From Phycisphaera mikurensis NBRC 102666 (GTDB lineage Bacteria > Planctomycetota > Phycisphaerae > Phycisphaerales > Phycisphaeraceae): a DNA stretch of 32,000 bases. The translations under genes were made by a program, and so were the position numbers. The stretch spans positions 2,190,001 through 2,222,000 of the forward strand of contig NC_017080.1 in NCBI RefSeq assembly GCF_000284115.1, given 5' to 3'. The notes beneath the pieces were generated by a model. It saw only the letters and a list, made by a program, of their open reading frames with translations, did no database searches and had not been told where the DNA came from. Numbering within the stretch: position 1 is the stretch's first letter; each line of letters starts with the position of its first letter. Shown here one piece after another: positions 24,658-32,000 of this stretch.

Positions 24658-26403
24658 ATGCCGACCGCCACGCCCCACGCCCTCCAACGCTCCTTCGTTC
24701 CCGCCGGGCTCGACCCCGCCGCGCTCGACGAGCTCCTGCCGCTCTTCGACCGGCTCGGAGCCCGCGAATTGCCCGATGCCGACGCGGTCGCGGCCTGGAT
24801 GAAGGATTACTCGGAGCTGGCCGCCGTGGTGGGCGAGCGTGGGGCGCGGATCAACATCGATCACGCCTGCCACACCGAGGACGAGGCCATCGAGAAGGCG
24901 TATCTCCACTGGATCGAGGAGGTGTCGCCCGCGACCAAGCCGCGCTGGTTCGCGCTGCTGCGTCACTACCTCGACGCGGCGGGCCGCGGAGCCTTCGAGG
25001 CCCGCGAGGAGAAGCACCGCCTGATCGGCCGGGCGTGGGAGGCGGAGGCATCGATCTACCGCGACGAGAACATCCCGCTGCAGACCCGCGCCTCGAAGCT
25101 GTCCAAGGACTACGACAAGCTCATCGGCCGCATGCAGGTCGCCTTCGACGGCAAGGAGCAGACGCTCCAGCAGCTGGCGCGGTACCAGGAGGAGACGGAC
25201 CGCGGGATCCGCGAGGAGGCCTGGACGCTGGCGGCGGCTCGGCGGCTGGAGGATCACGAGGAGATCACGCGGATCTTCGGCGACTTGATCGGCGTGCGGC
25301 AGCGGATCGCCGAGAACGCCGACCTGCCGGACTACCGCGCTTACACCTGGAAGGCGATGGAGCGCTTCGACTACACGCCGCAGGACTGCCTGGACTTCGG
25401 CGATGCCATCGAGAAAGCGGTGGTGCCGCGGGTGGCGAAGCTCGACCGCGAGCGGCGGGAGGCGCTGGGCGTCGACACGCTGCGGCCCTGGGATTTGGCG
25501 GTCGATCCGCGGGGCCGCGCCCCCCTGCGGCCCTTCCCCGACGGCGAGGAGGGGGTGAAGGAGCTGCTGGAAAAGGGCCGCGCGGCCTTCGCCGCCGTCG
25601 ATCCCGTGCTCGCCGAGATGTTCGCGGAGATGGAGCCGGGCCGGAACCTCGACCTCGCCGCCCGCCCGAAGAAGCGCGCCGGCGGCTTCCAGAGCTCGCT
25701 GACCGAGAGCCGCGAGCCCTTCATCTTCATGAACGCCGCGGGCACGCAGCGCGACGTCGACACGCTGCTGCACGAGGGGGGCCACGCCTTCCACTACCAG
25801 TGGGCGAGCCGGGCCGAGCCGCTGACGATCCTGCACCACGCGCCGATGGAGTTCTGCGAGGTGGCGTCGATGGGCATGGAGCTCCTGGCCTGCGACCACT
25901 ACGGCGTGTTCTACGACGGCGATCAGGAGCGGGCCGGCCGGGCCAAGCGCAAGCAGCTCGAGGGCATCGTCCGCTTCTTCCCGTGGATGGGCACGATCGA
26001 CGGCTGGCAGCACTGGCTGTACACGCACCCGGGGGCGACGCCCGAGGAGCGCCGCTCGCGGTGGCTGGCCACGCTGGGTCGCTTCGAGAGCGGCGAGGTC
26101 GACTTCAGCGGGCACGAGCAGACGCGGGCGACGCGGTGGCAGCCGCAGCTGCACCTCTTCCACTACCCCTTCTACTACGTCGAGTACGGCATCGCCCAGC
26201 TGGGAGCGCTGCAGCTGTGGCGCAACGCGAAGTCGGACCCGCACGGCACGATCACGAGATACCGCGAAGCCCTGTCGCTGGGCGGCACGCGGAAGCTGCC
26301 CGAGCTCTTCGAGGCCGCGGGCATCCGCTTTGACTTCAGCGCCGCGACGCTGGAGCCGCTGATGGCGCTGGTGGAGGAGGAGCTGACGACGCTGCCGGCG
26401 TAG
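24658..26403 (+). CDS. M3-family oligoendopeptidase (PepF-like zinc metallopeptidase, 581 aa)
   Basis: ATG 24658. The HExxH site is TLLHEGGHAFH with the downstream EFCEVASMGME (third zinc-ligand region). The length and the helical N-terminal domain are typical of oligoendopeptidase F-like enzymes. There is no signal peptide. Confidence 0.88.
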   Translation: MPTATPHALQRSFVPAGLDPAALDELLPLFDRLGARELPDADAVAAWMKDYSELAAVVGERGARINIDHACHTEDEAIEKAYLHWIEEVSPATKPRWFALLRHYLDAAGRGAFEAREEKHRLIGRAWEAEASIYRDENIPLQTRASKLSKDYDKLIGRMQVAFDGKEQTLQQLARYQEETDRGIREEAWTLAAARRLEDHEEITRIFGDLIGVRQRIAENADLPDYRAYTWKAMERFDYTPQDCLDFGDAIEKAVVPRVAKLDRERREALGVDTLRPWDLAVDPRGRAPLRPFPDGEEGVKELLEKGRAAFAAVDPVLAEMFAEMEPGRNLDLAARPKKRAGGFQSSLTESREPFIFMNAAGTQRDVDTLLHEGGHAFHYQWASRAEPLTILHHAPMEFCEVASMGMELLACDHYGVFYDGDQERAGRAKRKQLEGIVRFFPWMGTIDGWQHWLYTHPGATPEERRSRWLATLGRFESGEVDFSGHEQTRATRWQPQLHLFHYPFYYVEYGIAQLGALQLWRNAKSDPHGTITRYREALSLGGTRKLPELFEAAGIRFDFSAATLEPLMALVEEELTTLPA

Positions 26404-26521
26404 ACGGCCGCGGCCGAGCCGCCCGTGTCCACGCCAAGGCGGGCTCTTCGAGCGCGGGAGATCCCGGCGGCAGCGGGGGCGGCCCGCTCCCGGCTCGCCC
26501 CCTCGCACCCCTTGCTGGCGC

Positions 26522-27403
26522 TCAGGCTCCGGCCGGCGCGGCGGGTGTCGCCTCCGGCGCATAGCTGGCGAGCACTTCCTCGTCCAGCTCGAACCCCCCG
26601 GCCCGCCTCAGCACCGCGTGGAAGGTCAGCCGGTCGCCCTCGATCACCACCGCGTGCGGCTTCCCGGGCCAGGTGAAGGCGCCGGTGTCGAGCACGAGGC
26701 AGCCGCGCTCCCGCCAGCTCCCGGCGCGGTGGGAGTGGCCCACGACGACGACCCGGGCGGCGGGCTCGGCCTGCCGGGCGAAGGCGGCGGCGCGGGCGGG
26801 AGCGGTCCGCCAGAAGCCCAGCACCGCGAGGAACCGCTTCGGGCGGATGGACCACCACAGCAGCCGGCGGAGCGGCGAGACGACGTCGCCGTGGCGGAGC
26901 TTCAGGAACTCGCCGTGGCTGACGTGGCGCGCGATCTCCAGCCGGGCGTCGGCGTCGGGCGGTTTGCCGTGCTCGGCCTCCCACGCGGCGAGGCGGCGGC
27001 GGGTGTCGGCGGCGAGCGCGGGGGCGCTGCCCGACCAGGGCGCGACGGCGGGGTGCAGGACGTCGCCGTGCGTCACGAGAACCCGGCCGCCGAGCAGCGT
27101 GAGGCGGCGGCGCTCGGTGAGGAAGGCGTCGTGGTTGCCCGCGATCAGCGACAGCTCGGCGCCGGCCGCCTCGGCGACCGCCTGCAGCCTCACCAGGTGC
27201 CGGCTCGCCCGGGCGCGCAGCTCGGGGACCTGCACCTCGGCGGTGTCGCCGTTGAGCACGACGCGGTCGAAGCCGCGGAAGAGCGTGGCGAAGCTCTGGG
27301 GATCGGGCGAGCGGCCGGGCTGTCCCAGGTGCAGGTCCGAGATCACCAGCGTCCGGGCGGCGTCCTCGGGCTGGTGGTCGCGGTCGGTCGGGGGGTCTGC
27401 CAT
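26522..27403 (-). CDS. Calcineurin-like metallophosphoesterase (293 aa)
   Basis: ATG 27403. Metal-binding motifs appear in order: LVISDLHLG, LNGDTAE, AGNHD, THGD, GHSH. Confidence 0.75.
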   Translation of the reverse strand: MADPPTDRDHQPEDAARTLVISDLHLGQPGRSPDPQSFATLFRGFDRVVLNGDTAEVQVPELRARASRHLVRLQAVAEAAGAELSLIAGNHDAFLTERRRLTLLGGRVLVTHGDVLHPAVAPWSGSAPALAADTRRRLAAWEAEHGKPPDADARLEIARHVSHGEFLKLRHGDVVSPLRRLLWWSIRPKRFLAVLGFWRTAPARAAAFARQAEPAARVVVVGHSHRAGSWRERGCLVLDTGAFTWPGKPHAVVIEGDRLTFHAVLRRAGGFELDEEVLASYAPEATPAAPAGA

Positions 27404-27437
27404 GGGGGTGCGGGAGGCGGCGTCGCCGGGCCCGCCC

Positions 27438-28043
27438 TCATCGGGTGTTGCCGCCGGCGGCGCCACCGCCGCAGCGTCGCTGGGTCTCGAGCACGAGCCG
27501 GTGCACCTCCAGCGGCTCGTGGAGGAACAGCCAGGCGGCCTCCACCGTGCCCGTGCCCGCGGTGGAGAACGTGACGGTTCCGAGGCCGAACAGCCGCTCC
27601 CGCAGCGAGAAGAAGAGCCCGGTGTGCTGCAGCCGCGAGAGCCGCGCCTCGAACACGCTCACCCGGATCACCCCCTGGACACGGAGCACGCGGCGGTCGG
27701 TGAGCACGTACACGCGGCCGGCCCAGTCGAGCGTCTGCCACCCCAGCCGCAGAAGCAGCAGCGTCGCGGCGAGCGTGAGGATCTCTCCGCTCATCCGCGC
27801 TTGGTTGAGAAAGGCGTCGGCGCGGTGGCCGGCCGCGGCGAGGGCCAGCACCAGCACGAAGAAGCCCAGCGGCGCAAGCAGGATGTACCAGCGGCTGGGC
27901 TTCCGCAGCAGCAGCACCGCTTCGCCGTCCTGCAGCAGCTGGGGCGGGAGGATCGACGCGAGCCGGTCCACCGCCGCCGGAGGCGCAGCGGCGGCGGGCG
28001 CGGCGGTGCCGGCGGCGGCGGCCGGGTCGCACCCGGTGCTCAA
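27438..28043 (-). CDS. Membrane protein with a bacterial PH (bPH_2/YdbT-like) domain (201 aa from TTG 28043; GTG 27971 is an alternative)
   Basis: Two hydrophobic helices (WYILLAPLGFFVLVLALAAAG, ILTLAATLLLLRLGW) are followed by YVLTDRRVLRVQGVIRVSVFEARLSRLQHT..SLRERLFGLGTVTFS, typical of DUF304/bPH_2 proteins. TTG 28043 overlaps the hpt stop (TTGA). Confidence 0.65.
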   Translation of the reverse strand: MSTGCDPAAAAGTAAPAAAAPPAAVDRLASILPPQLLQDGEAVLLLRKPSRWYILLAPLGFFVLVLALAAAGHRADAFLNQARMSGEILTLAATLLLLRLGWQTLDWAGRVYVLTDRRVLRVQGVIRVSVFEARLSRLQHTGLFFSLRERLFGLGTVTFSTAGTGTVEAAWLFLHEPLEVHRLVLETQRRCGGGAAGGNTR

Positions 28044-28660
28044 CGCGGCTCACCCGCGGGCGGCACGCGGACCGCCGCCGCATCGGCCCGGGCCGGGGCA
28101 CCGTCCGCCAAGAGCACCTCGATGTCCGGCAGATTGCGGTGGTGGTCGTCGTGGTCGAGGCCGTAGCCGACCACGAAGGCGTCGGGGATGTCGAAGGCGA
28201 CGTGGTCGACCTCCAGCGTGCCCGCCTCCGCGTCCCGGCATTGGTTGGGCTTGCGGAGCAGCACGCAGGTGGAGACCTCCGCGGCGCCCCGCTCCAAGAG
28301 CTCCGCCTTGATCGCCGCCATCGTGCGGCCGGAGTCGAGGATGTCATCGATGACCAGCACGTGCCGGCCGGTCAGGTCCAGGGGCACGTTGGTCTTCGCC
28401 GGGTCGAGCGTGACACCCTGGCTCGTGGTGGCGGTGCCGGGGTAGCTGCGGACCTGGATGAGGTGGATCCGCATCTTCTGCGGGAGGTGGCGGATGAGGT
28501 CCGCGGCGAAGATGAAGGCACCGGTCATGACCGGCACCAGCGTGATCTCGGGGTCGCCGGGCTTGCCCGCCCAGGCGGCGGCGACCTCGCCGGCGAGCGC
28601 CTCGACCCGCGCGGCGATCCGCTCGCGCGGGATCAGGACGCGTTGTTCGGGGGAGGGCAT
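28040..28660 (-). CDS. hpt: Hypoxanthine(-guanine) phosphoribosyltransferase (206 aa)
   Basis: ATG 28660. LIPRERIAARVEALA, LVPVMTGAFIFAADLIRHL, the PRPP loop HVLVIDDILDSGRTM, and DAFVVGYGLD. Confidence 0.9.
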   Translation of the reverse strand: MPSPEQRVLIPRERIAARVEALAGEVAAAWAGKPGDPEITLVPVMTGAFIFAADLIRHLPQKMRIHLIQVRSYPGTATTSQGVTLDPAKTNVPLDLTGRHVLVIDDILDSGRTMAAIKAELLERGAAEVSTCVLLRKPNQCRDAEAGTLEVDHVAFDIPDAFVVGYGLDHDDHHRNLPDIEVLLADGAPARADAAAVRVPPAGEPR

Positions 28661-28751
28661 CACCGGGAGCGTAATCCGGCCGAGCCAACCACGAGACCGC
28701 GGACCCGGCAAGAGCCAAAGCCCCCCAAGCCAGCGACAGCCCGCCCCGCCC

Positions 28752-28823
28752 CTCTCCGCCTCTCCGCCTCTCCGCCTCTTCGTCTCTTCGTCTCTCCGTC
28801 TCTCCGTCTCTCCGTCTCTTCAT
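28752..28823. repeat. Tandem octamer repeat, 9 copies of CTCTYCRY: 3x CTCTCCGC, 2x CTCTTCGT, 3x CTCTCCGT, 1x CTCTTCAT. It lies inside a pyrimidine-rich plus-strand tract of about 100 nt
   Basis: Read directly with 8-bp phasing from 28752 to 28823. It sits in the 182-bp divergent intergenic region between hpt (ATG 28660, minus) and the FlgI-like gene (ATG 28843, plus). The array ends 20 bp before that ATG. Confidence 0.95.
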
Positions 28824-28842
28824 CCCCCCCTTACCCTCCGGC

Positions 28843-30918
28843 ATGCCCCTCCGCCTCTCCCTGCCCGCCGCCACCGCGGCCGCGGCGCTGTGCTCGCTCG
28901 TCCTTCTGCCCGGCTGCCAGCGGGAGCGGCTGGAGGCGACGGCGGCCGCCCCGCCGGCACCGGTCTTCCAGGGCCCGCGTGAGCTGCGCGGCACGATCGG
29001 CTCGTACGCCCGGCTGCAGGGCGGGGCGCCGCTGCTGGTCTCGGGCTACGGGCTGGTCGTCAACCTCGACCGCACCGGCTCGGGCGTGGTGCCGGAGTTC
29101 CTGCGCGACTGGCTGAGCAACGAGATGAGGAAGCGTGGCGTGGGCAGCCGGCAGCTCGCGGCCCGCAACCCCGAGCTCGCGGCGGTGACGCCGCAGCGGC
29201 TGATGTACTCCGAGCAAACCGCGGTGGTGCGGATCTCGGGCTTCATCCCCGCCGGCGCCACCCCGGGGACGCCTTTCGACCTGCTGCTGGAGGCGCTCCC
29301 GGAGGACACCGACACCACCAGCCTCGCCGGCGGCCAGCTCTGGCGCACGGGGCTGGGGGTGGACGGGGCGAACCGCCGGCTCCGCTTCTCGACGCCGCTC
29401 GCCGCCGGCGCCGGCCCCGTGTACCTCGGGCCCGAGGCCGCGGCGACGCCCGACGCGAGCGGTGGCCGCCGCGCGGTGATCGTCGGCGGCGGCCGGGCGA
29501 CCGAGCCGCGGCGGCTGGAGCTGATCCTCAACCAGAGCTCGTGGGTGAACGCCCGCCGCATCGCCGACACGATCAACGAGCGCTACCGCGCCGGCGCCTC
29601 CAGCCGCCCGGGCTCGGTGCGGCCCACGGCCAACGCGGTGTCCGACTCGGTGATCCAGATCTCGGTGCCGGAGCGCTTCGTCGGCAACGCGGAGGCGCTG
29701 CTCGCGCTCATCGAGAACACCTACCCGTATCCGGTGGATCGGGCGGACAAGGTCGACGAGATGATGGCGCTGCTCGCGCAGCCGGCGCCCCCGGAGGACG
29801 TGCTGCGCCGGGCGCCGCTGGTGTGCCGCGCCCTCGGCCCCAACGCCATCCCCGCGCTGCGGGCGCACTACGCCGCCGGCCCGCTCCGCGTTCGGCAGGC
29901 GGCGCTGGACAGCGGTGCCTGGCTGGGCGACCACGAGGCGGTCGGCCCGCTGGCGTCGCTCGCGGCCTCGGGCGACCCCGCCACGCGGCGGGCCGCGGCC
30001 GCGTCGCTCGCCCTCCTGCCCGACGATCTCCGCGCGACCGAGGCGCTGGCCGGGCTGCTCGACGACGCCGACGACGGCGTCCGCATCGCCGCTTACGAGG
30101 CGGTCGCCGGCGGCAGCGCGCTGGTCGAGCGGACCGCCGTGGAGAATCTCGACGGCGTGAAGTTCCTCATCGACCGGGTACCGGCGGAGCGGCCGCTGGT
30201 GCTGGCGATCCCGCGGGGCGTCCCGCGGCTGGTGATCTTCGGGCCGCAGACCGGCTTCACGCCTCCGGTGTTCGACGCGGACCCCGCCGGGGCCCTGCTC
30301 ATCCGGACGCCGACCTCTTTCGCGCAGGCGATGTCGGGGCTGCGCGACGGCGACACCGCCTTCCTGCCCGCCGTGGGCCGGACGCAGGTGCGCGACGGCG
30401 CGGAGGGCCCCGTGGCCGAGGCGCTCGACGCGGAAGGCGCCATCCTCAGCGTCGAGCTGGGCGGGGCCGCCGAGGCGTTCGCGTCTGCGCTCCCGCTGGG
30501 CGGGAGCGCGGGCGGCGTGCCGGCGACGCTGCGCTGCCGGGTGGAGGATGCGGGGCGCGGCACCGTGTCGCTGCTGGGCCTCGAGCCGGGGCTGGGCAGC
30601 ATGCCGCTGTCGATCTTCTACCGCGGCCCCGGGGGCGAGGGCGCGACCACCGAGCGGGTCGCGCCGACGGTCGCGGCGTTGGCCTTCTTCCTCGCCCACC
30701 GGCCCACGATGGGCACGCCGCAGGAGGGGCTGGACCTCTCCTACGGCCGCACCGTCTCGGTGCTCGAGCGCCTCGCGCGCGGCGGTTCGATGCCCAGCCC
30801 CATGAGGCTCCTCGACAACCCGCTCGCGGCCCGGGTGGCCGAGGCCGAGGCGGCCGAAGAGGCGAGCCGGGCCGGTCGCCAGCTCAGCGGCGCGACGCTG
30901 CCCGCTGATGGTTCCTAG
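28843..30918 (+). CDS. Probable lipoprotein with an N-terminal flagellar P-ring (FlgI)-like domain, central HEAT/ARM-like repeats and an unrecognised C-terminal region (691 aa)
   Basis: The signal peptide with a lipobox-like LVLLPGC is at residues 19-25. The FlgI-like block (about nt 28978-29725) reads GYGLVVNLDRTGSG, QTAVVRISGFIPAGATPGTPFDLLLEAL...SLAGGQLWRTGL, LELILNQSSWVNARRIADTINERY and VIQISVP...ALLALIEN, colinear with E. coli FlgI. HEAT-like repeats (about nt 29839-30105) read AIPALRAHY...VRQAALDSGAWLGDHEAVGPLASLAASGDPATRRAAAASLALL...DGVRIAAYEAV. Confidence 0.7.
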   Translation: MPLRLSLPAATAAAALCSLVLLPGCQRERLEATAAAPPAPVFQGPRELRGTIGSYARLQGGAPLLVSGYGLVVNLDRTGSGVVPEFLRDWLSNEMRKRGVGSRQLAARNPELAAVTPQRLMYSEQTAVVRISGFIPAGATPGTPFDLLLEALPEDTDTTSLAGGQLWRTGLGVDGANRRLRFSTPLAAGAGPVYLGPEAAATPDASGGRRAVIVGGGRATEPRRLELILNQSSWVNARRIADTINERYRAGASSRPGSVRPTANAVSDSVIQISVPERFVGNAEALLALIENTYPYPVDRADKVDEMMALLAQPAPPEDVLRRAPLVCRALGPNAIPALRAHYAAGPLRVRQAALDSGAWLGDHEAVGPLASLAASGDPATRRAAAASLALLPDDLRATEALAGLLDDADDGVRIAAYEAVAGGSALVERTAVENLDGVKFLIDRVPAERPLVLAIPRGVPRLVIFGPQTGFTPPVFDADPAGALLIRTPTSFAQAMSGLRDGDTAFLPAVGRTQVRDGAEGPVAEALDAEGAILSVELGGAAEAFASALPLGGSAGGVPATLRCRVEDAGRGTVSLLGLEPGLGSMPLSIFYRGPGGEGATTERVAPTVAALAFFLAHRPTMGTPQEGLDLSYGRTVSVLERLARGGSMPSPMRLLDNPLAARVAEAEAAEEASRAGRQLSGATLPADGS

Positions 30919-30950
30919 CGCGTCGCGCCCGATCACCGGGCCACCGCCCG

Positions 30951-30996
30951 CCGCGGACCGCGGGCCCGCGGACGCCAGAACGCCCGCGGTCCGCGG
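30951..30996. repeat. REP-like 46-bp palindromic element, locus D (perfect arms CCGCGGACCGCGG / CCGCGGTCCGCGG, with an extra CCGCGGAC half-site in the spacer)
   Basis: Read directly; arms at 30951-30963 and 30984-30996. It lies between the convergent stops at 30918 (+) and 31056 (-). Confidence 0.9.
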
Positions 30997-31055
30997 GTCG
31001 GCGGTGCCGCCTCGCCGCGGCGCCGCCTCGCCGCGTCCGGCGGCGCCCGCGGGCG

Positions 31056-32000
31056 TCAGCGCATGCGGTACGCGATCCGGAGGCGTCCGACCGATTCGAT
31101 CAGGCGGCGGAGGTCGGCCGCGGCGACGCGGCCCGAGGAGAAGTCCGCCGACGCCTCCGCGAAGGGGTCGCCGGTGCGAGCCCCCAGCAGGCCGAGCAGG
31201 CCGCCGCCGCCGCGCTCGAGGATCGTGACACGGGCCTCCTCGGCGTCGGCGACGCCCAGCGTGGTCGACACCGACGCGATCGCGTCCTCCAGGTACCCCA
31301 CCTCGTCGACGAGCCCGTTCTCCACCGCCGCCGCCGAGGTGAAGACCGAGCCGTCCGCCACGCCGCCGACGCTGTCCTCGTCGAGCGCCGGCCGCCCCGC
31401 CACGACCACCGAGGCGAAGCGCTCGTACGCGTCGTCGATGAGCGTCGCGACGACCGCCCGGTCGGCCTCGGTCCAGTCGCGGTACAGGTTGTTGGCGTTG
31501 TCCTTGCGGGGGCTGCCGTCGGCGACCAGCGTGACCCAGTCGACGCCGAGCTTGTCCATGGCGCCCGCGAGCGTCGGCACCTGGGCGATCACGCCGATGG
31601 AGCCGGTGAAGCCGGTGGGCTCGATGAAGATGCGGTCGGTGCCGGCCGCCACGTAGTAGCCGCCGGAGGCCGCGACGCCGCCGAAGCTGGCGACGACGGG
31701 CAGGTCGGGGTGGCGCTCCTGGAAGCGCTCGAGCTCGTGCCAGATCCGGTCCGACGCGGTCACGCCGCCGCCGCCGGACTCCACCCGCAGGATCAGCGCG
31801 TCGGGGAGGCGGCCGGGCTTCTCGAGGCTGCGCAGCGCCTCGCCGCAGAACCAGGCCATCTCCTCGTCGATGACGCCGACCACCGGCAGCACGGCGACGT
31901 GCTTGGGGTCGATGCCGACCCCCTCCCGCAGCACCGTCTCCGCCGGGCCGGCGGTCATCGCGTAGACCAGCGCTCCCAGGTACAGGTTCAGGAGCAGCGA
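31056..32000 (-). CDS. sppA: Signal peptide peptidase SppA (S49 family, 36K type); the N-terminus lies beyond the window
   Basis: The frame is open to the window edge: ...LLLNLYLGALVYAMTAGP is a TM-like helix preceding the ATG at 31958. Motifs include ILRVESGGGGVTASD, GGVAASGGYYVAAGTDRIFIEPTGFTGSIGV (catalytic Ser context), PRKD and GSVFTSAAAVENGLVDEVG. Confidence 0.85.
   Translation of the reverse strand, partial: SLLLNLYLGALVYAMTAGPAETVLREGVGIDPKHVAVLPVVGVIDEEMAWFCGEALRSLEKPGRLPDALILRVESGGGGVTASDRIWHELERFQERHPDLPVVASFGGVAASGGYYVAAGTDRIFIEPTGFTGSIGVIAQVPTLAGAMDKLGVDWVTLVADGSPRKDNANNLYRDWTEADRAVVATLIDDAYERFASVVVAGRPALDEDSVGGVADGSVFTSAAAVENGLVDEVGYLEDAIASVSTTLGVADAEEARVTILERGGGGLLGLLGARTGDPFAEASADFSSGRVAAADLRRLIESVGRLRIAYRMR

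Noticed and set aside
28344-28994. ORFs 28344-28994 (-) and 28458-28982 (+) spanning the octamer repeat.
   Set aside because: The 8-bp unit is not a multiple of three. The translations are low-complexity (SPPLRLFVS.., ERRRDEEAERRR..). The ORFs overlap the well-supported hpt and FlgI-like gene starts.

Overview
Very GC-rich bacterial chromosomal segment (by eye well above 70% G+C, with third codon positions almost saturated with G/C). I call 27 protein-coding genes, two of them cut by the window edges. I found no rRNA, tRNA, CRISPR, transposase, integrase or phage genes. The protein repertoire (FlgI/HEAT lipoprotein, zinc-ribbon proteins, mostly SD-less leaders) suggests a Planctomycetota/Phycisphaerae-like organism, but that is a low-confidence guess. 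Most of the many long Arg/Pro/Gly/Ala-rich ORFs in the six-frame track are GC-driven shadow frames. Gene content, left to right:
- otsB 3' end.
- A translationally coupled operon of GT2 glycosyltransferase, acyl-CoA-dehydrogenase-like protein and a fused PIG-L deacetylase::NodS-like methyltransferase.
- A 2-oxoacid:ferredoxin oxidoreductase alpha subunit with no adjacent beta subunit.
- A double zinc-ribbon protein.
- On the minus strand, two secreted YceI-domain proteins followed by a split, order-swapped photolyase/cryptochrome pair.
- acnA, a secreted beta-sandwich repeat protein, and miaA.
- A five-gene minus-strand amino-sugar operon: DegT aminotransferase, Gfo/Idh/MocA dehydrogenase, WbpD-like N-acetyltransferase, FAD oxidoreductase and CE4 deacetylase.
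- A thioredoxin with a CMPC active site, a Cache-GGDEF diguanylate cyclase, wecB, and an M3 oligoendopeptidase.
- An hpt / PH-domain membrane protein / metallophosphoesterase operon.
- A 691-aa FlgI-like lipoprotein with HEAT repeats, and the sppA 3' part.
Non-coding structure not explained by genes:
- A 46-bp REP-like element (CCGCGGACCGCGG-N20-CCGCGGTCCGCGG) at four intergenic loci.
- A 27/28-bp tandem repeat x4 between convergent genes.
- A 9-copy octamer polypyrimidine repeat just upstream of the FlgI-like gene.
- A perfect 10-bp UUCG hairpin with GGAACCC direct repeats.
- Enrichment of TTGA/ATGA stop-start overlaps at operon junctions.
All functional calls rest on motif recognition by eye; no database search was run.
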